IMG/VR virus record: IMGVR_UViG_3300036770_008716
Location: 1-27,035 of that record
From: a virus
Lineage: Duplodnaviria; Caudoviricetes
DNA: 27,035 nt
Reading direction: 5' to 3' (one strand)
Shown: piece after piece, positions 17,040-25,604 of the stretch
How the letters are laid out: each line of letters opens with the position of its first letter
Numbering within the stretch: position 1 is the first letter of the stretch
Notes under the pieces: model-generated
What the model saw: the letters and a program-made list of their open reading frames with translations, nothing else
Databases searched by the model: none
What the model was told of the DNA's origin: nothing
Made by a program: the position numbers and the translations under genes

Positions 17040-18065
17040 TCAACACCTCTTCCAATTTATGAATTCCATCATAGCTCGACTGCCGCTGTATGTTCTTTGT
17101 TCTACTATCTTCTTCACATCTATACCAGCCAGCACCATATCATTAATATCTTTCTCTACAATTCCGTTCGGCCAAATCACAACATTATACCCGAGTTCAA
17201 TCGAGTTAGCTAATGTTTTTACGATCTCACGATTCCTCGGTTCATTATCATAAACTAGAACAACGTTGACGTTACTGCCGAAGTAATCTGCCACATTACA
17301 TAACCCACTGTCCCCAGAAGCAACAGCATTATCCAAAAAATAGCTGTCGAATTGCCCCTCGGTGATGTAGATTGTTTTTTCTTTGTCGGTTCTTTCGAGG
17401 CCATAGATTTTTTTCCCTTCGACGACTTTGATTGTGATGTATCGGAGTTTTGTGTCACTTAATGCTCTCCCAGAAATATTGGTAATGTTGCCCTCTTCAT
17501 CCCTATAAACTAGGATGATTCTGTCATCTTCTGGTAGATTTTCTTTTCCATGATCTGGGAAATCATGGAATAAAAAATCCCTGAAGTTCTCTGTATAGTA
17601 AATGTCATTCCACCGACCTTCAGGGATTCCCCTCTTGATTATATATTCGCGGGCATAGTGTCCAGGTTCAAGTTCAGAGATGTTTTTTAGATTAATTTTT
17701 GGAATAGATTTCTGAGTTGCAAACCTAGCAAAAGCATTGCCCTTCAGTTCATCAAATGATGGTTTCTTGTAATTGCTGTGGCCATTATCACCAGCTGCAT
17801 ATCGCTCAAGCACATATTGTTTGTGTGAGCTGAGGTCTACTTGCTTGAGGAAATTTGAAAATGAAGTGCTAACTGAACAGTTGTGACAACGATAGAAATA
17901 GTCGTTGTTCTTGCGGTAGATATAACCACGCGCTTTCAGTTTGTTCTTTGACGAGTCGCCGCAGAATGGACATCTGAAGTTGAAGAGATCCGTGTTCTTC
18001 TGAGTAAACCTTTCAAGTTTATGACTAATAGTAGAAAGATACTTTCTATCAATATAGACAGACAT
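17040..18065 (-). CDS. 61: DNA primase (T4 gp61-like)
   Basis: N-terminal Zn finger CPFCGDS...KARG...CHNC; TOPRIM motifs EGQFDS, YDNEPRN, KDINDM. Confidence 0.93.
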   Translation of the reverse strand: MSVYIDRKYLSTISHKLERFTQKNTDLFNFRCPFCGDSSKNKLKARGYIYRKNNDYFYRCHNCSVSTSFSNFLKQVDLSSHKQYVLERYAAGDNGHSNYKKPSFDELKGNAFARFATQKSIPKINLKNISELEPGHYAREYIIKRGIPEGRWNDIYYTENFRDFLFHDFPDHGKENLPEDDRIILVYRDEEGNITNISGRALSDTKLRYITIKVVEGKKIYGLERTDKEKTIYITEGQFDSYFLDNAVASGDSGLCNVADYFGSNVNVVLVYDNEPRNREIVKTLANSIELGYNVVIWPNGIVEKDINDMVLAGIDVKKIVEQRTYSGSRAMMEFINWKRC

Positions 18066-18108
18066 AAAATCACCATAATATTATCAGTCAACATAGTATA
18101 TACTATTT

Positions 18109-18510
18109 TTACTGCTGAGACAAAACTTCTTCGAAGATGAATGGATTGGTTCTGCCGAAGTTACGAAGCATGATGCCAGCCTGACTGTTAGCCTCGTTTT
18201 CGATATCACTTCCTGTGTTACCTGAATCATCAAAAAGTCTACCATCTCGATCTTGCTTACAGTGGACCATCTCGTGGGCTAGTGTTCGGAGGATGTCCGC
18301 AACGTGCCTTTCAGCTATGTTGACGTTGATTTTATTTTGCCCAACGTAGTATGACCCAAAACTTCTGTGTTCTTTTGCAAGTTTCTTATCATTCACCAGA
18401 TTAATCTCTGGCGCAGTACCTAATTCTAGCGTATCGCAAGCATAAGATACAAAACTATTTATAATATCGACTTTTCTTTGCTCTGCAATATACTGTTTGA
18501 ATGTTAACAT
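18109..18510 (-). CDS. HExxH metallopeptidase-like protein with internal-protein-like N-terminus
   Basis: LRTLAHEMVH..Q and ENEAN; N-terminus MLTFKQYIAE. Confidence 0.7.
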   Translation of the reverse strand: MLTFKQYIAEQRKVDIINSFVSYACDTLELGTAPEINLVNDKKLAKEHRSFGSYYVGQNKINVNIAERHVADILRTLAHEMVHCKQDRDGRLFDDSGNTGSDIENEANSQAGIMLRNFGRTNPFIFEEVLSQQ

Positions 18511-18894
18511 TTAATCTCCAAAAAATCCTGAGAATTTGGAAATTACCCAGCTGACGATTGCAGCTGCCCCTACGACCATCCATCTCCACTTATCCAGTTC
18601 GGCTATCTTTGCTCTTTCGATTTCGTGTTGTTTTTTCATATCTTCTCTGAGCAAATGCATTTCTTCCATAATCTTAGTTTCAACTTCTGTAATTTTGCTA
18701 TAGACATCCTTTAGATCTTGGTTTGTTTCGTTTCTTCTATCTTCCATTAACTTCTGAACCTTGTCGAGTGTGTCATCAAACTTTTGGTAGATGACGGAAA
18801 AGAAAGAGATTTTCTCTTTCATTGCACTCAATTCGACTTCTAGCTTTGTGAGCTTTGCGTCGTACATTCTGCGTTCTTGATAATCATCGCTCAT
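18511..18894 (-). CDS. coiled-coil protein with C-terminal transmembrane helix
   Basis: Heptad-rich body followed by KWRWMVVGAAAIVSWVI. Confidence 0.7.
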   Translation of the reverse strand: MSDDYQERRMYDAKLTKLEVELSAMKEKISFFSVIYQKFDDTLDKVQKLMEDRRNETNQDLKDVYSKITEVETKIMEEMHLLREDMKKQHEIERAKIAELDKWRWMVVGAAAIVSWVISKFSGFFGD

Positions 18895-19408
18895 TTATAG
18901 CGTTCTCTTGGGCTCTAATCCAATTCTGTAGAGCAATTAATTGCTCTGTTGTTTTTTTGCAGGTAGCGTAATTATCGACAACTCCTCCGAGTGCTTCAGC
19001 GGCTGTAAACTCGCTGGGGGTTGCATCAGCAGCGGAGGTGGAGTTGGCATGTACAGCTTTGGCGCTGGCGTCGTGGACGTGCACCCAACCAGAAGAGAGC
19101 ACCCCAGTATCAGGAACATACTTGATAACTTCAACATTCTTCGTTCTCCACTTAGTTACTTCGACTACCTTTTCAACATACTCAGTAACAACTTGAATAT
19201 CGACTTTGTTTTTCTTAGCAAGTAGTTCATTATATCTTCTTTCTTCTTCAACCCTAGCCTTGGCTATTTGGGCTTCATATTTATCGGTTGTATGCTCACC
19301 ACCTTTGTAATAGCCAAAGCCAAACAATCCAACTGCAGCTAAAACGAAAGCGCCGATTTTGACTAGCGGAGAATTAACCAATCTGCCGACTAGAGCAAAT
19401 GGAATCAT
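18884..19408 (-). CDS. i-spanin (Rz-like)
   Basis: N-terminal TM helix, helical periplasmic domain, GWVHVHDASA and C-terminal NY.TC...L.ALQ.WI; follows the holin and endolysin genes. Confidence 0.85.
   Translation of the reverse strand: MIPFALVGRLVNSPLVKIGAFVLAAVGLFGFGYYKGGEHTTDKYEAQIAKARVEEERRYNELLAKKNKVDIQVVTEYVEKVVEVTKWRTKNVEVIKYVPDTGVLSSGWVHVHDASAKAVHANSTSAADATPSEFTAAEALGGVVDNYATCKKTTEQLIALQNWIRAQENAINER
18937..19137 (-). CDS. o-spanin (Rz1-like lipoprotein), embedded in the i-spanin gene
   Basis: Alternate frame within the Rz-like gene; signal peptide with lipobox LLVG-C; Pro-rich mature region (PAPKLYMPTPPPLLMQPP). Confidence 0.85.
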   Translation of the reverse strand: MLKLSSMFLILGCSLLVGCTSTTPAPKLYMPTPPPLLMQPPASLQPLKHSEELSIITLPAKKQQSN

Positions 19409-19647
19409 TGTTGTTTGCCGCCAGCGAACTTCTCAGCAACTACGCTGGTTAAACCTGCCATGATGATATACTGCATGGCATCGACCATTTCTTTGGCGAC
19501 GTTTAAATCCCAGAATAAATCTCCGAGATAGCTGACGCAAAAGACGATGACACAGAGGAACGTAATAAACCTCTTGGAGGAGGCATTACCCTCTGGACTA
19601 TGGAGTGTTTCTGAGACGAAATTGGACATTTTTCTTATTGTTTCCAT
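19405..19647 (-). CDS. putative holin (2 TM helices)
   Basis: 80 aa, SSKR followed by two hydrophobic segments; lies between endolysin and spanin. Confidence 0.65.
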   Translation of the reverse strand: METIRKMSNFVSETLHSPEGNASSKRFITFLCVIVFCVSYLGDLFWDLNVAKEMVDAMQYIIMAGLTSVVAEKFAGGKQQ

Positions 19648-19657
19648 AAAGCCCTAT

Positions 19658-20278
19658 CTATTTAGTTTTTAGCACTTCTTTGGCTCGGTTATAGTAAGCA
19701 GTACGCTCTTCGAGGCCATGTCGGCCGCCGTTTATCTTCTTAGTAACTGTAACTACATCATCTTCATCTGATGGTGTATTTAGATTTCGACTATTCCAGA
19801 ACCAAATAGCTGACTTAATTGCCCCTTCGACAGTTTCCAGATACTCTGGGGTTTCGATTAGATTGACCCCAAGACCCTTTCCGCAATTAGTATAGTTTTC
19901 TTTACCAGTGAGCTGAATATAGCCTCGACCTCGGAACTTCCAACCTTCGCCAGATTCAGTTGGCCCATTACCCATTCGACTAGCATATATCTTATTTGCT
20001 ATTTTTTCTGGCTGGCGATGATACTGCGCTGCTATAGCTGGATCTTTATCGAAATATTTACCGAATAAAGAAAGCAAAGCCTCTTTGCTATAGTTTAGAT
20101 TTTCTAACTTCCTAGTAAATCCAGTGGACTCATGGGCGCATTGAGCAATAAACATAGCCATTCTGCGCTCGTTGGGAGCATCCTTAAATGCTGCATTTAT
20201 TTCATTAACAATGGTATCAATCTCAACTACTATCTCAACAGCAGGTACGATTTTGTAGAGTTTATCTTTGGTTAGCAT
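19658..20278 (-). CDS. endolysin, glycoside hydrolase family 19
   Basis: AMFIAQCAHES, ENLNYS, FRGRGYIQLTGKENY, TKKINGG..GL..R; start at a TGATG overlap. Confidence 0.92.
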   Translation of the reverse strand: MLTKDKLYKIVPAVEIVVEIDTIVNEINAAFKDAPNERRMAMFIAQCAHESTGFTRKLENLNYSKEALLSLFGKYFDKDPAIAAQYHRQPEKIANKIYASRMGNGPTESGEGWKFRGRGYIQLTGKENYTNCGKGLGVNLIETPEYLETVEGAIKSAIWFWNSRNLNTPSDEDDVVTVTKKINGGRHGLEERTAYYNRAKEVLKTK

Positions 20279-21513
20279 CAAGTGACCTCTTCCCAATTAA
20301 TAGAGGAACATACGTTTGGATTATTTGTTGTTGTTGTTATTGCAATAATAAATTCTCTGGAAAATCCAGTAAATGGATTTCGCTCTAGCTGATATTTAAA
20401 TGGCACATCAACCTGTCCTGTCGCTCCAGCAACTTGGTTTGTTGATGCAATATATCCAGCTTCATGTATAGTATTACCAACATTGACAGAACTTGCTGTT
20501 AAATTATATTCAACAATACTATCATCTCCTCTACTTTGCCAAGTGCCACCAATCGTTTCTCCTGATATAATAAAGTATTTAAAGTTGCCAGCAGTAAGAG
20601 AAAAAATCTGGAATGTTTTTGGAGTAACAATACCATTTATATTATTAGATTTTAACCGAATTGATACCAAAGGATATAGTGTGTTTGTTGAGCTTAAAGT
20701 TTTACCGCCATCTAACTCATGGCCAACGCTTCTTGGTCTACCTCGCAATTCGTATCCACCCTCAGATAATACAGTACTACAAATTAAAGTCATTGATCCT
20801 GCACCACCAATACTTTCAATTTCAGACCTTAATGGCAAACATGCAGTTTTCATATACGGTAACGCTGTGTTATTATTAGCAGAAGAATCTCTATTGGCAT
20901 GATGAAATTTATGCACCACATGAAATTCTCCGTCAATAACAAATCCGCATCTAACTGTACCAACTCCAAGCCATTCATAATCCATAAACCAAATTTGTAC
21001 ATTGTTTAGATTAAGGGTGATTCCACTTGGATTTGTTGTATTTGCTGCGCCATCTAGACGATCAACATTCCAAGAAGTTTTTGGAACTCTAACTTCTTGA
21101 ATTGTTCCTGATACAGAACTTCTTTTGACAATATTAATTGTTCCATCATTCTTTTCTAGAAATACCCCATCATCATTATTATAGTATCCAATTCTTTGAA
21201 TTATATTACTAGAGTTGCTAAAATGGAATGTTCTCATAACAAGCAAACTTTTCCCAGGCTGGTATGCAAATACTTTATTTGTTTCTCGGATTACTTTATC
21301 GCCTGTGGTAGCTACAGTAATATTCAACGTTGCTGAATTTGCATCGTATATTGATGTACCGCTACCAGAAACTGATTGAGCAAAATTTCTATCTGGAAAA
21401 AATCTTTGTGAACTATCAAACAAGGTTAATGGAGTTGAAGTTCTTAACCTTCCAAACGAATCTAGATTTGGTGAATCGTCGTATCTAATTCTATCATCCA
21501 GTAAATATGTCAT
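20278..21513 (-). CDS. putative beta-rich virion structural protein
   Basis: DSFGRLRTS.P.TLFD, YQPGKS, WLGVG.VR.GF motifs; Ser/Thr/Asn-rich; start at a TAATG overlap. Confidence 0.65.
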   Translation of the reverse strand: MTYLLDDRIRYDDSPNLDSFGRLRTSTPLTLFDSSQRFFPDRNFAQSVSGSGTSIYDANSATLNITVATTGDKVIRETNKVFAYQPGKSLLVMRTFHFSNSSNIIQRIGYYNNDDGVFLEKNDGTINIVKRSSVSGTIQEVRVPKTSWNVDRLDGAANTTNPSGITLNLNNVQIWFMDYEWLGVGTVRCGFVIDGEFHVVHKFHHANRDSSANNNTALPYMKTACLPLRSEIESIGGAGSMTLICSTVLSEGGYELRGRPRSVGHELDGGKTLSSTNTLYPLVSIRLKSNNINGIVTPKTFQIFSLTAGNFKYFIISGETIGGTWQSRGDDSIVEYNLTASSVNVGNTIHEAGYIASTNQVAGATGQVDVPFKYQLERNPFTGFSREFIIAITTTTNNPNVCSSINWEEVT

Positions 21514-22229
21514 TATACTATTCTCCACCCATTTCTGTATAGAAGCTGCACTGCTCCGTTGTTGATTCGAATTTCTGCCCCTTCTGGATCGTTGTCTATG
21601 TTACCAACAATCTTGATTGGATTTAATTGAGCAAATCCAGATTCATCTTTAATGATTACCATCTTACCGTTTATTACTGTTGTTGGTAATGTTATTGTTG
21701 TATATGAAGCATTGTTTACTCCAACATAACAGTCGCCTTCAAGTACAATATAATTGTTGGATGTAACATAGGTTGTAGTATGTTCGGTAAGGCGAAATGC
21801 GCCATCAACCCAACGCATGGTTCTGCCTTCGCCATAAGAAGTTCTATCGAAATCGTCAGTATCATTAATGCGAACTACACCAGTTCCGCCGCCTCCCCAA
21901 GACAACGTACCCATGCGCTGGACAAGTTCGGCAATTTGCTTTCGTATTCCGTCTAGTTCTGCTTTTTGGAAATCTGGTAGTTCGTTCTTGGCAAACTTAG
22001 GGCTAGAAATTGCATTGACAGTTTGCTGTACAATATCAGCTTTCTTTGGTGGTTCAAATGCTGGTGGTGCAGGTGGAATTTCTTCTTTGAGTATTTGTAT
22101 CTGTGGCTTCTTGAATAGTCTTGAGTTTAATTCTTCTTCGAGTCTAATTGATTCTTCGAGTTTAAGATCTGGCTGGCCCATATTGCGAGCCATCCTTGCC
22201 AGCATCTTTTTCTCATCAAGATTTTTCAT
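21513..22229 (-). CDS. hypothetical protein with C-terminal tail/baseplate-appendage-like beta domain
   Basis: Helical N-terminus, GGGG linker, C-terminal ITLP....GK.VIIKDESG motif. Confidence 0.6.
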   Translation of the reverse strand: MKNLDEKKMLARMARNMGQPDLKLEESIRLEEELNSRLFKKPQIQILKEEIPPAPPAFEPPKKADIVQQTVNAISSPKFAKNELPDFQKAELDGIRKQIAELVQRMGTLSWGGGGTGVVRINDTDDFDRTSYGEGRTMRWVDGAFRLTEHTTTYVTSNNYIVLEGDCYVGVNNASYTTITLPTTVINGKMVIIKDESGFAQLNPIKIVGNIDNDPEGAEIRINNGAVQLLYRNGWRIV

Positions 22230-22386
22230 AATACTTGCTCGAAGCTGCTATTGCCATCATTAACCACATAAACCACATTTGGCCTGTTACTTGTGTTGTG
22301 CCGCAGAAACCAGAATTTCCATAGAAATATTCATAGATTGCAAACACTAAGAATAGTGGAGTCCAAACGTACTTACTTGCTGCCAT
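22216..22386 (-). CDS. small membrane protein (56 aa, two hydrophobic segments)
   Basis: Read manually: MAASKYVWTPLFLVFAIY...QMWFMWLMMAIAASSKYYEKS. Fills the gap and overlaps both neighbours by 14 nt. Confidence 0.55.
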   Translation of the reverse strand: MAASKYVWTPLFLVFAIYEYFYGNSGFCGTTQVTGQMWFMWLMMAIAASSKYYEKS

Positions 22387-22696
22387 ATTTCAAATAAACC
22401 ATAGCGCCAGTTTTTTCGTTTTGAAGGATGATTGATTCTGCCCAGTTTGTTCTAGCATACTCACGGATCTCTTCAGCCACATCGCAACCATCAAGATACT
22501 TGGTGAAATGTTCATACTTTCTTTTGCCCAACAGAGCTTTGTAGTAAGTATCCTCATCAACAACCCACATTGCTCTACCAGCAAATCTGCTTTTCTTCGA
22601 TCTCTTTCTTACTGGTGGCGTGTCAGGAGGAAGTCCAGCAATATTGCCAGAACCCGCTGAATTTACTACATTTTCATTTGTCTTTTTTTCTTGCAT
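22373..22696 (-). CDS. hypothetical protein
   Basis: 107-aa ORF with NSAGSGNIAG..PD.PPV motif. Confidence 0.65.
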   Translation of the reverse strand: MQEKKTNENVVNSAGSGNIAGLPPDTPPVRKRSKKSRFAGRAMWVVDEDTYYKALLGKRKYEHFTKYLDGCDVAEEIREYARTNWAESIILQNEKTGAMVYLKYGSK

Positions 22697-22725
22697 CGGT
22701 TATAATAACTGTGTGGTTTGTTGAG

Positions 22726-23112
22726 TTAAATATTTCTTAATAACTTAGCTATATGCATATCAACTGGTATATCACTAGAAACTATATCTTCACCTCTAAT
22801 ACCAGTAACTATGCTCGGCATATAATTTAGATATATCAAGAAAGTCTTAAGACTACTGTAATCCAATTCATTGATCTTAAAGAACAAGATACGAGTCCCT
22901 GCCTCCGCGCCAAATGTATTGTATATCATATTTAAGTGATTCAAAATCAAATTTAGTTTTATCTCTCCTGTCGTTCTGTATCTTTGCAGTAGTCTTTTGG
23001 TATACTGAAATAATCTATAGTCTTCCTGAAACTCACTATGCAAATAATTCAATCCTTCGTAGGATTTTACTGCATAGATTAATATGTTGTCATTAGTTAA
23101 ATTAACAAACAT
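22726..23112 (-). CDS. conserved T4-like phage hypothetical protein
   Basis: EF.ED...F.Y.KRLL.RY...GE....LILNH...YN.FG motif. Confidence 0.75.
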   Translation of the reverse strand: MFVNLTNDNILIYAVKSYEGLNYLHSEFQEDYRLFQYTKRLLQRYRTTGEIKLNLILNHLNMIYNTFGAEAGTRILFFKINELDYSSLKTFLIYLNYMPSIVTGIRGEDIVSSDIPVDMHIAKLLRNI

Positions 23113-23115
23113 GCA

Positions 23116-23568
23116 TTAGGCATACTCGGCATCATTGCCGCTGTCGTCGTCTCTTCTTGCTGGCGGAATCCAGCGCCTTGGTTCTGCTTCTGTCGGTTCC
23201 ATTGCTGTCATTTCAGCTGACATAAGATCGTCAAGGTCTGCTCTGTTGACAATCTGAGCATAACCTTCGACGCCTTCTTCTTCAGTGCTATGGACCAAAT
23301 ACAGGTATAACCCAGATTCACCTAGAGCATATGCTGACTCAGCGTCAAGAGCTAGGAGTGGCATTTCGTATCCAGGTGGCAACTTAATACCAAACCGCTC
23401 AAGTGTACTACGAACAGCATTAACAAATACTGGAGCGTTAATAAAAGGTTTTTCAGTTACTTGATCTAGCTCAGCATTAATTGCCTCGACTTGAATCAGC
23501 GCCTGTTCAGGCACATCATCAATTACCATATCTTCCTGTTCAGCAATAAACTCTTTGAACTTCAGCAT
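23116..23568 (-). CDS. acidic protein with internal-protein-like N-terminus
   Basis: Begins MLKFKEFIAE, similar to the T4 capsid-targeting sequence MKTYQEFIAE. Confidence 0.65.
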   Translation of the reverse strand: MLKFKEFIAEQEDMVIDDVPEQALIQVEAINAELDQVTEKPFINAPVFVNAVRSTLERFGIKLPPGYEMPLLALDAESAYALGESGLYLYLVHSTEEEGVEGYAQIVNRADLDDLMSAEMTAMEPTEAEPRRWIPPARRDDDSGNDAEYA

Positions 23569-23570
23569 TG

Positions 23571-25337
23571 TTATACCTGTACGTTTGGAGTATTGTCTGT
23601 GTCATCATGAGTAGGGGCAGGTGAAGGATGCGCCTTCAGATCAACTTCAAGAGTAGGCTTTCGATCGATCTTATTGGTTACGCCTCGCTTTGACGCAAGA
23701 ACTTTATCGGCAACCTTCTTGGCCTTCTCTTCTTTCATTGGTTTTAGTGCAGGCTTTTTCTCATCTTTCTTCTTTTGCTTTGACTTTTTCTCAGCTCTAG
23801 CCATTAGCCAGCTGCCAACAATATTGCCAGGAGTTTTTGCTTCTTGCAATTTCTTTTTCATGATTGCTTTCTTGACTGCAGCTCGACGATTGTGGAGATA
23901 CATGTCAGTCTTATCAACATCTTTGTCATTGTCAATATCAGAAGTTTCCTTGCCAACTTTATCTAACCCTTCGGCCATAGCTGGCTTGGCTGCAATTTTC
24001 TTTCCAGCCGCTGCAAGTTTCTTGAGCATATCAAGTTTATCGTTCTTTACTGGCGGTTTGGCTTTGTTCTGACGTGCCATTATTGCAAGACCACGCCCAC
24101 CAACCTTACGATCTTGTTCTGGATCTGGATGCCAGTAATCGCCCCTTTCATCGATTTGCTCTGCTTCCTCTAGTTCAACTTCTTCTTTAGCAAGTTTATC
24201 CACAGCTTTGTTTATACCCTTTTGCCTTTTTGCATATCTTTTGCCGTGGAATTCTGCATTAGCAATATCCTTGGTAGTTGCAGCTGTCATCAAGGAAGTG
24301 GCTAATTGCGGAGCAGCTTTCTTAACATAAGACCCTAAAGTTTTTTTCGAGATCTCATCCATCTGCTCGACTTCTTCTTTGTTTAAATATTTTGCCAACC
24401 GTCTTTGGTCCAAATAAGATTTATGTGCACGAACGGCTTTACTGTATCTTTTCATTCTTTTAAATCCTATCGGCGGTTTTCCAGCACGATCACCCCATTC
24501 ATCAGAGTCGTGTCGTAAATGCTTCTTTTTTACAGTGTCTATGTAATCATAACGGGCGTCTGGATTATTTTTTATTCCAGTAAGTTCATCAATCTGCTCG
24601 ACTTCTTCTTTAACACTATACGTCGTGCTCTTCATTCCGCTTCTTGGATTAGTGTATTCACGGCGATATACTTTTCCGCCATGCTTCTTAGCGTGAGCAA
24701 AAGCATCTTTCTTATTATCAAACATATTTGACGGTGGCTTGATCATTGGTGACGCTTCTTCTTTCTTCATCTTAGCGATTTCGTCGCCAGTCTTGCCGCC
24801 ATACTTCTTCATTAAGCTATCCATCTGCTTCTTTTTATCAATATTAGCCTTGACTTTTGCAGCAAGTTTTGGATCAGCACGAAGCATCCAGCCTACGCCA
24901 GCCCCAGTTTGTTCTTTCATTTCTCTTTTCCTCTTAGCTTCTGCAGCTTCTCTTTCTTCTTTTTCTTTTTGCTTGAGATATTCAGCAACACTCAGTGTTT
25001 TAACCTCTCCAGCACCCCTTCGACCCAGAACATCAGTGGCTTTATCTTTTTCGCCACCAAAATCAAATCCACCTCCATGTTCACCGCCAACACCAGTACC
25101 TTTGGTGGCGCCATAGGCTTTAAGGCTCATTTGCTTCCTTCTTTCAGTTGCAACTTCGCCTTTTTCTTTTGCCTTCTTTCTTTGATACATCACATGCCAA
25201 GTTTCTTTATCTTGACCTGTGCTTTTTAACAGACGCTGAAACTCAGGCTTATGCCCGTGTTTATCAGTCAATCTTTTCTTTAATGCAGCTGACCCTTTTG
25301 TCAGTACTGCCATCCAGGCTCTAGTGTTCTCAGCCAT
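23571..25337 (-). CDS. Lys/Glu-rich modular protein, putative internal head protein
   Basis: 588 aa; repeated KEEVEQ(I/M)DE linkers; DIDNDKDVDKTD EF-hand-like motif. Confidence 0.7.
   Translation of the reverse strand: MAENTRAWMAVLTKGSAALKKRLTDKHGHKPEFQRLLKSTGQDKETWHVMYQRKKAKEKGEVATERRKQMSLKAYGATKGTGVGGEHGGGFDFGGEKDKATDVLGRRGAGEVKTLSVAEYLKQKEKEEREAAEAKRKREMKEQTGAGVGWMLRADPKLAAKVKANIDKKKQMDSLMKKYGGKTGDEIAKMKKEEASPMIKPPSNMFDNKKDAFAHAKKHGGKVYRREYTNPRSGMKSTTYSVKEEVEQIDELTGIKNNPDARYDYIDTVKKKHLRHDSDEWGDRAGKPPIGFKRMKRYSKAVRAHKSYLDQRRLAKYLNKEEVEQMDEISKKTLGSYVKKAAPQLATSLMTAATTKDIANAEFHGKRYAKRQKGINKAVDKLAKEEVELEEAEQIDERGDYWHPDPEQDRKVGGRGLAIMARQNKAKPPVKNDKLDMLKKLAAAGKKIAAKPAMAEGLDKVGKETSDIDNDKDVDKTDMYLHNRRAAVKKAIMKKKLQEAKTPGNIVGSWLMARAEKKSKQKKKDEKKPALKPMKEEKAKKVADKVLASKRGVTNKIDRKPTLEVDLKAHPSPAPTHDDTDNTPNVQV
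24361..24611. repeat. 20-bp direct repeat ATCTGCTCGACTTCTTCTTT (24361-24380 and 24592-24611)
   Basis: Identical copies read directly from the sequence; both encode the KEEVEQ linker. Confidence 0.8.
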
Positions 25338-25602
25338 CTGTTTCTGTTATCCTTACTACTAATTTATTTGATCCGCGTTTAACTCGATGATATGTATTGG
25401 CTGGGATTAGCAACATATCACCTGCAGTCAATGGTATAGGTAAACAGTTATCAAGCTGAAACTCCCAACCTTCTCCAGCCAAAACTTCGACGACTCTATC
25501 CTTCATGTCTTTATGCCAAGTCAGTTCTTCTGTCTTGACGGATTCAGAGAAAGATCGAATCTTCTGATAACTATTTATTTTCTGCTCAACAAATGGATAC
25601 AT
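25330..25602 (-). CDS. cupin-fold protein
   Basis: WHKD..DR.VEVL.G.GW...GD.L.IP...YHR cupin pattern; ATG at 25602 just after the upstream stop. Confidence 0.7.
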   Translation of the reverse strand: MYPFVEQKINSYQKIRSFSESVKTEELTWHKDMKDRVVEVLAGEGWEFQLDNCLPIPLTAGDMLLIPANTYHRVKRGSNKLVVRITETDG

Positions 25603-25604
25603 AC

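Noticed and set aside
18456-18463. Third TATAAATA motif
   Set aside because: It lies inside a CDS in AT-rich sequence, far from a downstream start, and could be chance.
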